Position numbers and translations under genes: made by a program | NCBI GenBank assembly: GCA_037387885.1 | Contig: JARRKQ010000001.1 | Span: 491-64,490 of the forward strand | Source: Alphaproteobacteria bacterium | GTDB taxonomy: Bacteria; Pseudomonadota; Alphaproteobacteria; JAPULJ01 | Length of the DNA stretch: 64,000 nt | Direction of reading: 5' to 3' | Shown here: positions 9,102 to 17,681 of the stretch, piece after piece | How positions within the stretch are numbered: position 1 is the first letter of the stretch | Layout: each line of letters opens with the position of its first letter | Notes under the pieces: generated by a model | What the model was told of the DNA's origin: nothing | The model's database searches: none | What the model saw: only the letters and a program-made list of their open reading frames with translations

Positions 9102-10802
9102 CTATTCCGCCGCCTGCGACGCCGGCTCGTAGCCGTAGACTTCGCGGGCGGTGTCTTCTGAAATGATGCCGTTCTTGACCTCTTCGGCGAGCTTGGTGCG
9201 GTCGCGCTTCTTGGGATCGCCGTAGCCGCCTCCGCCGCCGGCCTGCTGGAAATAGACCGTGCCCTTCGGCAGTCCGGTAATGAGGTCCTTGTTGAGCGGC
9301 ACCACGTCGTTGCCGTCGGGGGTGGTGAGCTTGATCGTGTTGAGCGTGCCGTCGCCGCCGCCGAAGAGCCCGAAGGCGGGCTCGTAGTCGCCGTCGCCGA
9401 AGGTCACGAGCTGGGTGTTGTCGGAGCCGAATTCGTAGACCGTCTCGATGCCGATTCCGCCGCGCCACTGTCCGGCGCCGGCCGAGTCGGTCAGATATTC
9501 GTGCTTGATCAAGCGGTGCGGCGACTGCTGTTCGAACATCTCGTAGTCCTGGTCGAGCACGCCGCCCGAGGCGTCGATCATACCGATATGGTCGTAGCCG
9601 TCGGTGCCATTCATGGCGCCGGCGCCGCCCTTCATGCCCATGAAGAAGATGTCGACGTAGTCGTCGTCCTTCTCCTCGTCGAAGCCGGTGGTGAGCGACG
9701 AGAGCAGATTGTTCCAGCCGGCCGTCACGCGGTCGGGAATGGCCGGCGCGAGTGCGCGCTGGATCGCGTCTGCGTTGGGCGGGCAGAGGTGGTTGCCGAA
9801 GGTGGTCGCCGCCGGATAGCCGGCGTTCAGGATCGTGCCTTCGGGAATGATGATCTCCAGCGGCGCCAGCATACCCTCGTTATGCGGAATGTCGGGATTG
9901 ACCATCTGGAGCAGCGTCAGCGCCGTGGCGCTCGCGCTCGAGGTATAGGTGCCGTTGACGAAGCCGTTGGTGCGCGCATCGGTCTTGGAATAGTCGAAGG
10001 TGATCGCCTTGTCCTTGACCTCGATGTCGACGCGGATGGTGTATTTGGAGCCCTTGTTCTTGCCGTCGTAATAGACGTAGCCCTCGCCCGAGTAATTCCC
10101 GTTCGGGATCGAGCCGATCTCGGCTTCCATCATCTTCTGCGTGGCATCGAAAAGCGCCAACTTGTGCCGCTCGAAGACGTCGAGCCCGTGTTTTTCCAAC
10201 AGCGCCACCATGCGCCGCGCGCCGACATTGGTCGCGCCCATCTGCGAGCGCATGTCTTCCTGGACGATGTCGAAGCGGATATTGGCGAAGATGAGGTCCC
10301 AGACATCCTTGCGGAAGGTGCCGCCGTCATAGACCTTGACCGGCGGGATGCGGATGCCTTCCTGCCAAACCTCTACGGCGTTGGGGTTGTAGCCGCCAGC
10401 GACCGCGCCGCCGATATCGGCCTGGTGGCCCTTGACCGCCGTCCAGGCGACCAACTTGTCCTCAAAGAAGATCGGCCGGAACACGGCAACGTCGTTGTTC
10501 TGGTTGCCCATCGAGAAGACGTCGTTGTGGAAGATGACGTCGCCCGGCTTAAAGTCACCCTCGAAATACTCGATGATGTATTTGCACACCGGCGCCAGCG
10601 AGAAGGCGAGGATCGGCAGGTTCTCGGTCTGCTCCAGCATCCGGCCTTCGCCGTCGTAGAGCCCGGTCACGAAATCCTTGGCCTCGCACAAGATGGGCGA
10701 GCGCGCGGTTTGCTCGACCGACATGCTCATCTCGTCGGTGATCGACTTGAAGGCGCGCGCGAAGACCGACAGCAGGATCGGATCGATATCGGATTTGCTC
10801 AT
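9102..10802 (-). CDS. Hydantoinase B / oxoprolinase family protein (HyuB-like)
   Basis: 566 aa, starting MSKSDIDPILLSVFARAFKSITDEMSMSVEQTARSPILCEAKDFVTGLYD, a typical HyuB N-terminus. It overlaps the hyuA stop by 4 nt (ATGA). Confidence 0.85.
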   Translation of the reverse strand: MSKSDIDPILLSVFARAFKSITDEMSMSVEQTARSPILCEAKDFVTGLYDGEGRMLEQTENLPILAFSLAPVCKYIIEYFEGDFKPGDVIFHNDVFSMGNQNNDVAVFRPIFFEDKLVAWTAVKGHQADIGGAVAGGYNPNAVEVWQEGIRIPPVKVYDGGTFRKDVWDLIFANIRFDIVQEDMRSQMGATNVGARRMVALLEKHGLDVFERHKLALFDATQKMMEAEIGSIPNGNYSGEGYVYYDGKNKGSKYTIRVDIEVKDKAITFDYSKTDARTNGFVNGTYTSSASATALTLLQMVNPDIPHNEGMLAPLEIIIPEGTILNAGYPAATTFGNHLCPPNADAIQRALAPAIPDRVTAGWNNLLSSLTTGFDEEKDDDYVDIFFMGMKGGAGAMNGTDGYDHIGMIDASGGVLDQDYEMFEQQSPHRLIKHEYLTDSAGAGQWRGGIGIETVYEFGSDNTQLVTFGDGDYEPAFGLFGGGDGTLNTIKLTTPDGNDVVPLNKDLITGLPKGTVYFQQAGGGGGYGDPKKRDRTKLAEEVKNGIISEDTAREVYGYEPASQAAE

Positions 10803-12910
10803 GCCACGGCCTCCAGACTGGGTTTGACCAGCTCTTCGCGGCCCTTCTGGTAGACCGCAAACGAGCCGTACTGGTCGCAGACGCAGTCGTAGGACTGGGT
10901 GACCAGGATCGAGGTGTTTTCCTGTTCGATGATCGCGGGCCCCGTGATCCGATAGCCGAACTTGGTGTTGTGGCCATCATAGACCGGGACGGTCGCCGCT
11001 TCGCCGGTTTCGGGCACGATGATCTTGCGCTCGCCCTTGAGCGCGGGCGAGGGGTCAGCCCCGGCATAGCTCTCTTGGGTGTAGGCCGGCTTGTCGGTGC
11101 GGCCGACCGCCTGCAGGCGGACATTGATGATCTCGACCGGCGTGCCCTGCTCCTCCAGCGAATAGCCGTAGAGCCGGTTGTGCTCGGCGTGGAAGAGCGC
11201 CTTGATCGCCTCGCCGTCCTGCGCCTCGACGGCGCTGATCGGTGCCTCGTGCGTGACCTCGTGATACTGTTTGGCGTAGCGCGCATCGAGCTTGAGGATG
11301 TAGTCGCGCCGATCCTTTGAGATGCTCTCGCTGTCGAGCAAAGCGTCGCCCTCCGCGCGCATCTCGGCGATCAGCGCGTTCAAAGTCTGCCAGTCGCCGT
11401 CGTCGATGCGGCGGACATAGCTGCGCACGAAGTCGTGCTTCAAGTCCGACATCAGCATGCCGGCGGCGCAAAAGATCGAGCTTTCGCGCGGTACGATGAG
11501 CAGTGGGATTTCGAGCTCCTCGCCGATCATGCAGGCGTGGTTGGGGCCGGCGCCGCCGGCGACCACCATCGGGAACTCGCGCGGATCGAAGCCGCGCTTG
11601 ATGGTGATCTCGCGCACGCCCTGGGCCATATTGGTGTTGATGACGCGGTACATGCCGAGCGCGGCTTCCTCGACCGACATGCCGAGCGGCTTGGCGATCT
11701 TCTCTTCGATCGCCTTGCGCGCCGCATCGACGTCGAGCTTCAGTTTGCCGCCGGCGAAGTAGCCCGGATCGAGATAGCCCAGCACCAGATCGGCATCGGT
11801 GCAGGCCGGCAGCTCGCCGCCCTGGCCGTAGCAGACCGGGCCCGGATCGGCGCCCGCGCTTTGCGGGCCCATGCGCAAGAGGCCGCCTTCGTCGATCCAG
11901 CCGATCGAGCCGCCGCCGGCGCCGATGGTGACGATGTCGAGCATCGGCAGCGCGATACGGTAGCGGTTGATCTCGCCCTCGTTCGCCGTGATCGGCACGC
12001 CGTCGAGTACCATCGCGGCATCGAAGCTGGTGCCACCCATATCGACGGTGAGGCAGTTCTTCTGGCCGTGCGCCTCGGCGTAGCCGAGCCCGGCGACCGG
12101 ACCCGCCGCCGGGCCGGAGAGCAGCGTCATCGCCGCCGTCGTCTGCGCCGTCTCGGGCAGCACCACGCCGCCATTCGACTGCATGATCAAGAGCACGCCC
12201 TTGAAGCCGGTATCGGCCAAACGCTTCATCAGCGCGTCGATGTAAGCGCGCAGCTTGGGGCCGTTGTACGAATTCAGAACCGTCGTCGAGACGCGGTTAT
12301 AGAAGCGGATCGAGGGCAACAGCTCTGCGGAAACCGTGAGATAGGCGTCCGGCATTTCGCGTGCGACGAGCTCGCCCGCAGCCTTCTCATGCGCGGGATT
12401 GGCGAAGGCGTTCATGAAGCAGATCGCCACCGCCTCGACGCTCTCGGCCTTGAAGGTCTCGATCGCGGCGCGGACATCGTCGAGCTCGAGGCCTTCGATC
12501 TCGCGGCCCTTGCGGTCGAGCCGGCCGCGCACGCCGGCGCGCAGATAGCGCGGCACCAGCGGCGGCACGTTGGTGTAGCGGTTGTTGTACTGCTCCTCGC
12601 GGATGCCGCGGCGCATTTCCAAAGCGTCGCGCACGCCCTCGGTGGTGATGAGGCCGGACTTGGCGCCCGTGCGGGTCAGCGTCGCGTTCGTCGTCACCGT
12701 GGTGCCGTGGACGATCGTGTCGATCGTCGGTGCGAAGGCCTCCAGCGTGCTGCCGGCGGCCTTGGCGATGTCGGTCAGCCCGTTGATCAGGCCGATGGAG
12801 GGATCCTTAGGCGTCGACAGCGTCTTGAAGATCTGCGGTTCCGCGTCGTCCGAGACGACCAGGAAATCCGTGAAGGTGCCGCCAACGTCGATGCCGATCT
12901 TGGTCGTCAC
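10799..12910 (-). CDS. Hydantoinase A / oxoprolinase family protein (HyuA-like)
   Basis: 703 aa. The GTG start reads MTTKIGIDVGGTFTDFLVV, followed by the ASKHA-fold ATPase motifs typical of hydantoinase A. A GGAAGGGA ribosome-binding site lies upstream. No acetone-carboxylase gamma subunit gene follows it. Confidence 0.85.
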   Translation of the reverse strand: MTTKIGIDVGGTFTDFLVVSDDAEPQIFKTLSTPKDPSIGLINGLTDIAKAAGSTLEAFAPTIDTIVHGTTVTTNATLTRTGAKSGLITTEGVRDALEMRRGIREEQYNNRYTNVPPLVPRYLRAGVRGRLDRKGREIEGLELDDVRAAIETFKAESVEAVAICFMNAFANPAHEKAAGELVAREMPDAYLTVSAELLPSIRFYNRVSTTVLNSYNGPKLRAYIDALMKRLADTGFKGVLLIMQSNGGVVLPETAQTTAAMTLLSGPAAGPVAGLGYAEAHGQKNCLTVDMGGTSFDAAMVLDGVPITANEGEINRYRIALPMLDIVTIGAGGGSIGWIDEGGLLRMGPQSAGADPGPVCYGQGGELPACTDADLVLGYLDPGYFAGGKLKLDVDAARKAIEEKIAKPLGMSVEEAALGMYRVINTNMAQGVREITIKRGFDPREFPMVVAGGAGPNHACMIGEELEIPLLIVPRESSIFCAAGMLMSDLKHDFVRSYVRRIDDGDWQTLNALIAEMRAEGDALLDSESISKDRRDYILKLDARYAKQYHEVTHEAPISAVEAQDGEAIKALFHAEHNRLYGYSLEEQGTPVEIINVRLQAVGRTDKPAYTQESYAGADPSPALKGERKIIVPETGEAATVPVYDGHNTKFGYRITGPAIIEQENTSILVTQSYDCVCDQYGSFAVYQKGREELVKPSLEAVA

Positions 12911-12980
12911 GGTGCCATCCCTTCCGGTTTATTGGATCACACAAACACAGCCAGTCTTCGCCAGCTTTCGAGGTGACTAT

Positions 12981-13016
12981 AACACAATATTGTTGGACGT
13001 CCAACAATATTGTGTT
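12981..13016. promoter_or_regulatory. Perfect 36-bp palindrome in the divergent hyuA/ech promoter region; a putative MarR operator
   Basis: AACACAATATTGTTGGACGTCCAACAATATTGTGTT equals its own reverse complement (checked base by base). It is AT-rich in a high-GC context, and it lies between the hyuA start (12910) and the crotonase start (13135). Confidence 0.6.
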
Positions 13017-13134
13017 TGCCGGCATGCCCAAGCCGGCCGCTTGCGGTCGCCCGCGGCGCCCGGTAGCGTCGGGCATCATATGGGAGACAACCGGGCGGCA
13101 AAACCACCGGATTAGAAAGGGAGCGAGGCGAGCC

Positions 13135-13926
13135 ATGGCGGAGAATGCATTGCTGTTCGAGGTGCGCGACGGGGTTGCGCGGATCACGCTGAACCGGCCC
13201 GACGAGGCCAATCCGCTAGCGGTCGAAAGCGCCAAGAAGCTGTTCGACTATGCGATCGAGATCGACCAGGATCCCAGCATCCGCGCCGTGATCTTGACCA
13301 GCACCGGCCGGTTCTTCTCCGCCGGCGGCGACCTCAAGTTCTTCCACGACAATGCCGACCGGGTCGGCCATGTGCTGAAGGAAACGACGAGCTATCTGCA
13401 CGCCGCGCAGTCGCGCTTCGCGCGCATGGCAGCACCAGTCGTAGTCGCGATCAACGGGATTGCGGCGGGCGGCGGGGCGAGCATCGCCTTTTGCGGCGAC
13501 ATCGTTCTGGCGGCGCAGTCGGCGACCTTCACCATGGGCTACACGGCGGCCGGCCTCTCGCCGGACGGTTCCTCATCCTACTACCTGCCGCGGCTGGCGG
13601 GCCTGCGGCGGGCGCAGGAGCTCTTCCTGACCAATCGCCGGTTCACCGCGGACGAGGCGGCCGAATGGGGCCTCATCACCCGCGTCGTGCCGGACGATAA
13701 GCTGATGGAGGAGGCCGACGCTCTGGTCGCGCAGCTGGCCAAGGGGCCGACCCAGGCCTTCGGCTCGGTGAAGGCGCTGTTGGCGGATACGTTCACCAAC
13801 ACGCTGGAAACCCAGCTGGAGATGGAGACCCGCCACATCGCGGCCAACGGGGCGGGGCATGACGGCCGCGAAGGTGTTGCGGCCTTCGTGGCCAAGCGCA
13901 AGCCCGACTTCAAGGGCGTGCAATAG
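13135..13926 (+). CDS. Enoyl-CoA hydratase/isomerase (crotonase) family protein
   Basis: The start reads MAENALLFEVRDGVARITLNRPDEANPL, preceded by a GGGAG ribosome-binding site. The oxyanion-hole region reads FFSAGGDLK ... AINGIAAGGG. The ORF-track start at 12973 is an upstream extension and probably not translated. Confidence 0.85.
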   Translation: MAENALLFEVRDGVARITLNRPDEANPLAVESAKKLFDYAIEIDQDPSIRAVILTSTGRFFSAGGDLKFFHDNADRVGHVLKETTSYLHAAQSRFARMAAPVVVAINGIAAGGGASIAFCGDIVLAAQSATFTMGYTAAGLSPDGSSSYYLPRLAGLRRAQELFLTNRRFTADEAAEWGLITRVVPDDKLMEEADALVAQLAKGPTQAFGSVKALLADTFTNTLETQLEMETRHIAANGAGHDGREGVAAFVAKRKPDFKGVQ

Positions 13927-13990
13927 GCGCAGGGAATTTGGCCGTGGAGACGGCCGCGCGTTTTCCGCGAAAATCCGTGCAACGATACGC

Positions 13991-14010
13991 TTTGTTGGAC
14001 GGCAAACAAA
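13991..14010. promoter_or_regulatory. Operator-like inverted repeat upstream of marR, related to the 36-bp palindrome
   Basis: TTTGTTGGACGGCAAACAAA shares the TTGTTGGACG...AACAA core with the 12981 palindrome. It sits 20 nt upstream of the marR start codon. Confidence 0.4.
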
Positions 14011-14029
14011 TCCCGGCTATGATGCGCCC

Positions 14030-14557
14030 ATGAGCGATATCAGCGATATGAGCGACAGGCCCGATCCGGCCCATTCAGATGCGGCGGCGCAGACCGGCAA
14101 TGGCCAAGACCGCCATGGCGCGATCGATTTCGGCGACCTCGACGACTTCGTGGGCTTTCAGCTGCACCGCGCGCGCAACGTTGCCGCCTCGGTGCTGCAC
14201 AAGCTGATCGCGCCCGAGTTCGTGCCGGGGCATTTCCCCATCCTTTATCTGATCGCACAGAACCCCGACCGTACCCAATCGGCGATCGCCAGGGCCGTGG
14301 GGCTCGACCGCTCGTCGCTGGTGCCGATCCTCAACCGGTTCGAGAAGAGCGGCTGGGTCCAGCGCATTCCCTCGCAGGGCGACAAGCGCGCCCATGCGCT
14401 TCGCCTGACGCCCGCGGGCGAGCGCAAGATGCAGGACCTCCGCGACAAGGTGATGTCGATGGAGGACCGGATCTCCGACGCGCTGGGCGACGACGGCCAG
14501 AAAGCCATGCTCGACTATCTCCGGCGCATCCAGGACGCATTTGATCAAACGCGGTAG
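14030..14557 (+). CDS. MarR family transcriptional regulator
   Basis: MSDISDMSDRPDP...QSAIARAVGLDRSSLVPILNRFEKSGWVQRIPSQGDKRAHALRLTPAGE is a MarR winged-helix fold. The start is placed at the ATG at 14030, and the 13859 start in the ORF track gives an unlikely N-terminal extension. Confidence 0.8.
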   Translation: MSDISDMSDRPDPAHSDAAAQTGNGQDRHGAIDFGDLDDFVGFQLHRARNVAASVLHKLIAPEFVPGHFPILYLIAQNPDRTQSAIARAVGLDRSSLVPILNRFEKSGWVQRIPSQGDKRAHALRLTPAGERKMQDLRDKVMSMEDRISDALGDDGQKAMLDYLRRIQDAFDQTR

Positions 14558-14607
14558 GTGATCAAACGCTGTAGGTGATCAAACGCGGTAGGCGACCAGA
14601 CGCGGGG
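14543..14607. repeat. 17-bp tandem repeat, 3.8 copies (GATCAAACGCGGTAGGT), spanning the marR stop codon
   Basis: The copies read GATCAAACGCGGTAGGT, GATCAAACGCTGTAGGT, GATCAAACGCGGTAGGC and GACCAGACGCGGGG. The marR TAG stop lies inside the first copy. Confidence 0.7.
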
Positions 14608-14676
14608 AGCACAACAGTCCCGTTCGCTTGACCGAGGTCAAGGCGCCGTTGCCGCCGCACCGATCAAATCGTTCCC

Positions 14677-16026
14677 ATGACGCCGGACCTGCTGGATCGC
14701 TATAGCGGCCCCGTGCCGCGCTACACGAGCTATCCGACCGCCCCGCATTTCTCCGCGGAGGTGGGGCCGGATACGTATCGTGCATGGCTCGCCAAGCTGG
14801 ACCGCGATGAGCCGCTGTCGCTTTACGCGCATATCCCGTTTTGCCGCACGCTCTGCTGGTTCTGTGGCTGCCATACGCGGGCGGTCAATCGCTATTCGCC
14901 GGTCGAGGCGTATCTCGAAGCGCTGAGTGCCGAGGTGGCCTTGGTGTCGGAGGCGATCGGCAAGAATGCGCCGGTCGCGCATCTTCATTTCGGCGGCGGC
15001 ACGCCGACCATCCTGAGCTCGGCGGATTTCGCCCGTTTGATGGATCTGTTCCGGGCCCGCTTCCAGCTCCTGCCCGAAGCGGAGATCAGCGTGGAGATCG
15101 ATCCGCGCGGCATGGGCCGGCAGGAGATGCGCGGGCTCGCCGATGCCGGGGTCACGCGGGCGAGCCTGGGCGTGCAGGATCTCGACCCGGCCGTCCAGCA
15201 GGCGGTCAACCGCATCCAGCCGCGCGCGATGACCGAGCAGGTCGTCGACTGGTGCCGGGAGCTCGGGATAGGCGGCGTCAATATCGACCTCATGTATGGC
15301 CTGCCGCACCAGACCGTCGACGGCGTGGCGGCGACGGCGCAAGCGATGGCCGATCTCGTCCCCGACCGGATCGCCATCTTCGGCTACGCCCACGTGCCCT
15401 GGATGAAGCCGAACCAGAGGCTGATCGACGAAACGGCGCTGGCGGGTGCCTGGGAGCGCTGGCGCCAGGCGGAAGCGGCGGCCGAGGTGCTGGTCGCGGC
15501 CGGCTATCGCCCGATCGGGCTCGACCATTTCGCCCGCGACGACGACGCCTTGGCGCAGATGGAGGCGGCCGGCCGGCTGCACCGGAACTTCCAAGGCTAT
15601 ACCGACGATCAGGCGCGTACGCTGATCGGGCTCGGCGCTTCCTCGATCGGCGATCTGGGGCAGGGCTATGTCCAGAACGATCCCGATGTCCGGAACTATA
15701 TGACCACAGTGGCGGACGGCCGGTTCGCCACCGTCAAGGGCGTGGCGCTCGACGCCGAAGACCGCCTGCGCCGGGCCGTGATCGAGCGGCTGATGTGCGA
15801 TTTCGAGGTCGATCTGGGTGCGCTCGCCCGGTCCTATGGGATGACGCCCGATTGCTTCGCGGCCGACAAGGCGGCGCTCCATTCGCTCGCCTCCGATGGG
15901 CTGGTCGAGGTCGCGGGCGACCATGTGCAGGTCGTGGAGGCGGGGCGACCCCTCATTCGGGTGGTCGCGGCGGCCTTCGATGCCTATCTCGGCCGCGGCG
16001 AAGGGCGCCATTCGCGGGCTGTTTGA
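14677..16026 (+). CDS. hemN: Oxygen-independent coproporphyrinogen III oxidase (radical SAM)
   Basis: MTPDLLDRYSGPVPRYTSYPTAPHF...SLYAHIPFCRTLCWFCGCH carries the CxxxCxxC radical-SAM motif, and the HemN-type C-terminal domain follows. Confidence 0.9.
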   Translation: MTPDLLDRYSGPVPRYTSYPTAPHFSAEVGPDTYRAWLAKLDRDEPLSLYAHIPFCRTLCWFCGCHTRAVNRYSPVEAYLEALSAEVALVSEAIGKNAPVAHLHFGGGTPTILSSADFARLMDLFRARFQLLPEAEISVEIDPRGMGRQEMRGLADAGVTRASLGVQDLDPAVQQAVNRIQPRAMTEQVVDWCRELGIGGVNIDLMYGLPHQTVDGVAATAQAMADLVPDRIAIFGYAHVPWMKPNQRLIDETALAGAWERWRQAEAAAEVLVAAGYRPIGLDHFARDDDALAQMEAAGRLHRNFQGYTDDQARTLIGLGASSIGDLGQGYVQNDPDVRNYMTTVADGRFATVKGVALDAEDRLRRAVIERLMCDFEVDLGALARSYGMTPDCFAADKAALHSLASDGLVEVAGDHVQVVEAGRPLIRVVAAAFDAYLGRGEGRHSRAV

Positions 16027-16332
16027 CGCACTTCCGCATACGTGGTCATGCAGCTATTGGTCCATTTTGTCGCAGGCCGGCTTAGGAATGGATATTGGCA
16101 AGGCGGGCCCACGTATTCTATTTTGCAGGGCAGGACGCTGGCGGGAGTGCTCGTACAGCGCGTTTTGGCGCGCTGACCGGAGAATTGACTGGAAATCTGG
16201 CCAGACCTCTGGATACTCACGCCATGTTCAAGCAATCGTAACGGGGTTCGCCCGGGACGATGAACCCTGCAACGGGACAGAATTCATGACAGTCGTGAAA
16301 CCGGACTGTCGTTGAGCGAAAGGAGCCATGGG

Positions 16333-16734
16333 ATGAGGTTTTTGATTTTGCTGTTCGCCTCGCTGGCCATGACGGTGGCCGCCGGTTCGGCCTATTCGGC
16401 AGGCGACGCCAAGCGCGGCGGGAAGCAGTTCAGCCGCTGCAAGGCTTGCCATTCCGTTGAAGCGGGCAAGAACAAGATCGGTCCCTCGCTCCACGGCGTT
16501 GTCGGCCGCAAGGCCGGGACCGCGGCGAAGTACAAATATTCCAAGAGCCTCGCGGCCGCCGGTGCAAAGGGTCTCGTCTGGACCGAGGAGAACCTGATGG
16601 AGTATCTGAAGGGCCCGACGAAGTTCCTGAAGAAGTATCTCGATACCAAGAAGGTCCACAACAAGATGAAGAACCGCTTCAAGAAGAAGTCGCTGCGCGA
16701 GAACATCATCGCCTATCTGGCGACGCAGAAGTAA
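16333..16734 (+). CDS. Class I c-type cytochrome (cytochrome c2/c550-like)
   Basis: A signal peptide (MRFLILLFASLAMTVAAGSAYSA) is followed by the CKACH haem-binding motif and a Lys-rich C-terminus. AAAGGAG lies 8 nt upstream of the ATG at 16333. Confidence 0.85.
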   Translation: MRFLILLFASLAMTVAAGSAYSAGDAKRGGKQFSRCKACHSVEAGKNKIGPSLHGVVGRKAGTAAKYKYSKSLAAAGAKGLVWTEENLMEYLKGPTKFLKKYLDTKKVHNKMKNRFKKKSLRENIIAYLATQK

Positions 16735-16757
16735 CGCGCGCGTCAGGTTCGTGACGA

Positions 16758-16796
16758 AATCGGGCGGGGCCTTCGAGGTCCCGCCCGTTTCGTTTC
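16758..16796. terminator. Bidirectional intrinsic terminator-like hairpin between the convergent cytochrome c gene and the nadX-like gene
   Basis: An imperfect GC stem (GGGCGGGGCC / GTCCCGCCC, loop TTCGAG) within 16760-16787 is followed by a T-rich GTTTCGTTTC. Confidence 0.5.
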
Positions 16797-16841
16797 AGGC
16801 TCGAGTTGGCCGCTCAAATCTCACCGCTTAGATTTCCCTAC

Positions 16842-17681
16842 TCAAATCTCAATGGCGCTCGCCCGGTTGCGGATCGCGCGCAGCACGCTGTAGGCGGTGA
16901 GCGAGGAGGTCTTGGGGTTCTCCGGCAACGGGTTGCCGCGCAGCTCCATGGTCATCGAACCAAAAGCCCCGTCCGCTTCGATCAGATGGATATTGCCGCC
17001 GGCCTCCGGGTCGGCGATCAGCCGAACGGCGGTGTCGGTGAAGCCCACGCCCGCGAGGGCGACCGTGGCGGCGACATTGGCGTTCTTGGGATAGAGCCGC
17101 GCCGCTTCGTCGGCAGGGCCCGTATAGAGCTCGGTCGCTTCCGTGAGCGCGTTAAGATCGGCGACCTCCTCGGCGGGCGAGCCGGCCCAGGCCTGTGGCG
17201 GCTTGCGCGAAGTGTAGCGGACCTGCGTGAGCCCGCCTTCGCGCGCGGCCGCAAGCGCATCGACGCCGCCGATGGCGCCCGGCGCGATCAGCATCCGCCC
17301 GCTCTCCGCCGCGGCGAGGAGACGGTTGTAGAGCACGGGATCGGCAAGCGCGCCGACCGAGACCACCAGCAGATCATGGCCCTGTTCCAGCGCGGCGACA
17401 CCGTGCTCGGCCAGACCCTCATGGCCCGCGACCTCCACGACCAGTCCCGGCGGGGTGGGTAGTTGGTCGATGGCGCTCACCACGCTGACGGCGTCGCCGA
17501 CCTCGTCCTGGATCGCGGCCACGCGCGCCGGGCGCATGACGATGGCGGCGATCTGGGCGTGCTGCTCCTTGGCGAGGCGCGCATGGACATAGCGCCCGAT
17601 CGCGCCGTAGCCGATCAGGGCAATGTCCAGCGGCACGCTCGGGTCCACGCCTGGCTCCACATTGGGGTCGATGTCATCCAT
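16842..17681 (-). CDS. Aspartate dehydrogenase (NadX) family NAD(P)-dependent dehydrogenase
   Basis: LDIALIGYGAIGRYVHARL is a Rossmann motif, and the overall match is to L-aspartate dehydrogenase-like proteins. The start is ambiguous: ATG at 17717, ATG at 17681, or GTG at 17648. The last has a GGAG ribosome-binding site and avoids overlap with the upstream gene. Confidence 0.65.
   Translation of the reverse strand: MDDIDPNVEPGVDPSVPLDIALIGYGAIGRYVHARLAKEQHAQIAAIVMRPARVAAIQDEVGDAVSVVSAIDQLPTPPGLVVEVAGHEGLAEHGVAALEQGHDLLVVSVGALADPVLYNRLLAAAESGRMLIAPGAIGGVDALAAAREGGLTQVRYTSRKPPQAWAGSPAEEVADLNALTEATELYTGPADEAARLYPKNANVAATVALAGVGFTDTAVRLIADPEAGGNIHLIEADGAFGSMTMELRGNPLPENPKTSSLTAYSVLRAIRNRASAIEI

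Noticed and set aside
9102-12910. Acetone or acetophenone carboxylase as the identity of the hydantoinase A/B pair
   Set aside because: No gamma subunit gene of about 170 aa accompanies them. A hydantoinase-like lactam or ring hydrolase is more consistent with the context.
2110-12976. Long plus-strand ORFs (2110..3435, 3291..5687, 6707..8707, 9501..10853, 11435..12976) and other Arg-rich ORFs in this block
   Set aside because: All are opposite-strand or alternate-frame shadows of well-supported minus-strand genes. Their composition (RRRR, AGAG runs) is typical of GC-rich non-coding frames.
14543-14607. The 17-bp tandem array as a CRISPR array
   Set aside because: The repeats are contiguous with no spacers and there are only about 3.8 copies. 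No cas genes are present.
14841-16085. 414-aa plus-strand ORF overlapping hemN
   Set aside because: It is an alternate reading frame inside hemN with an Arg/Gly-rich translation.
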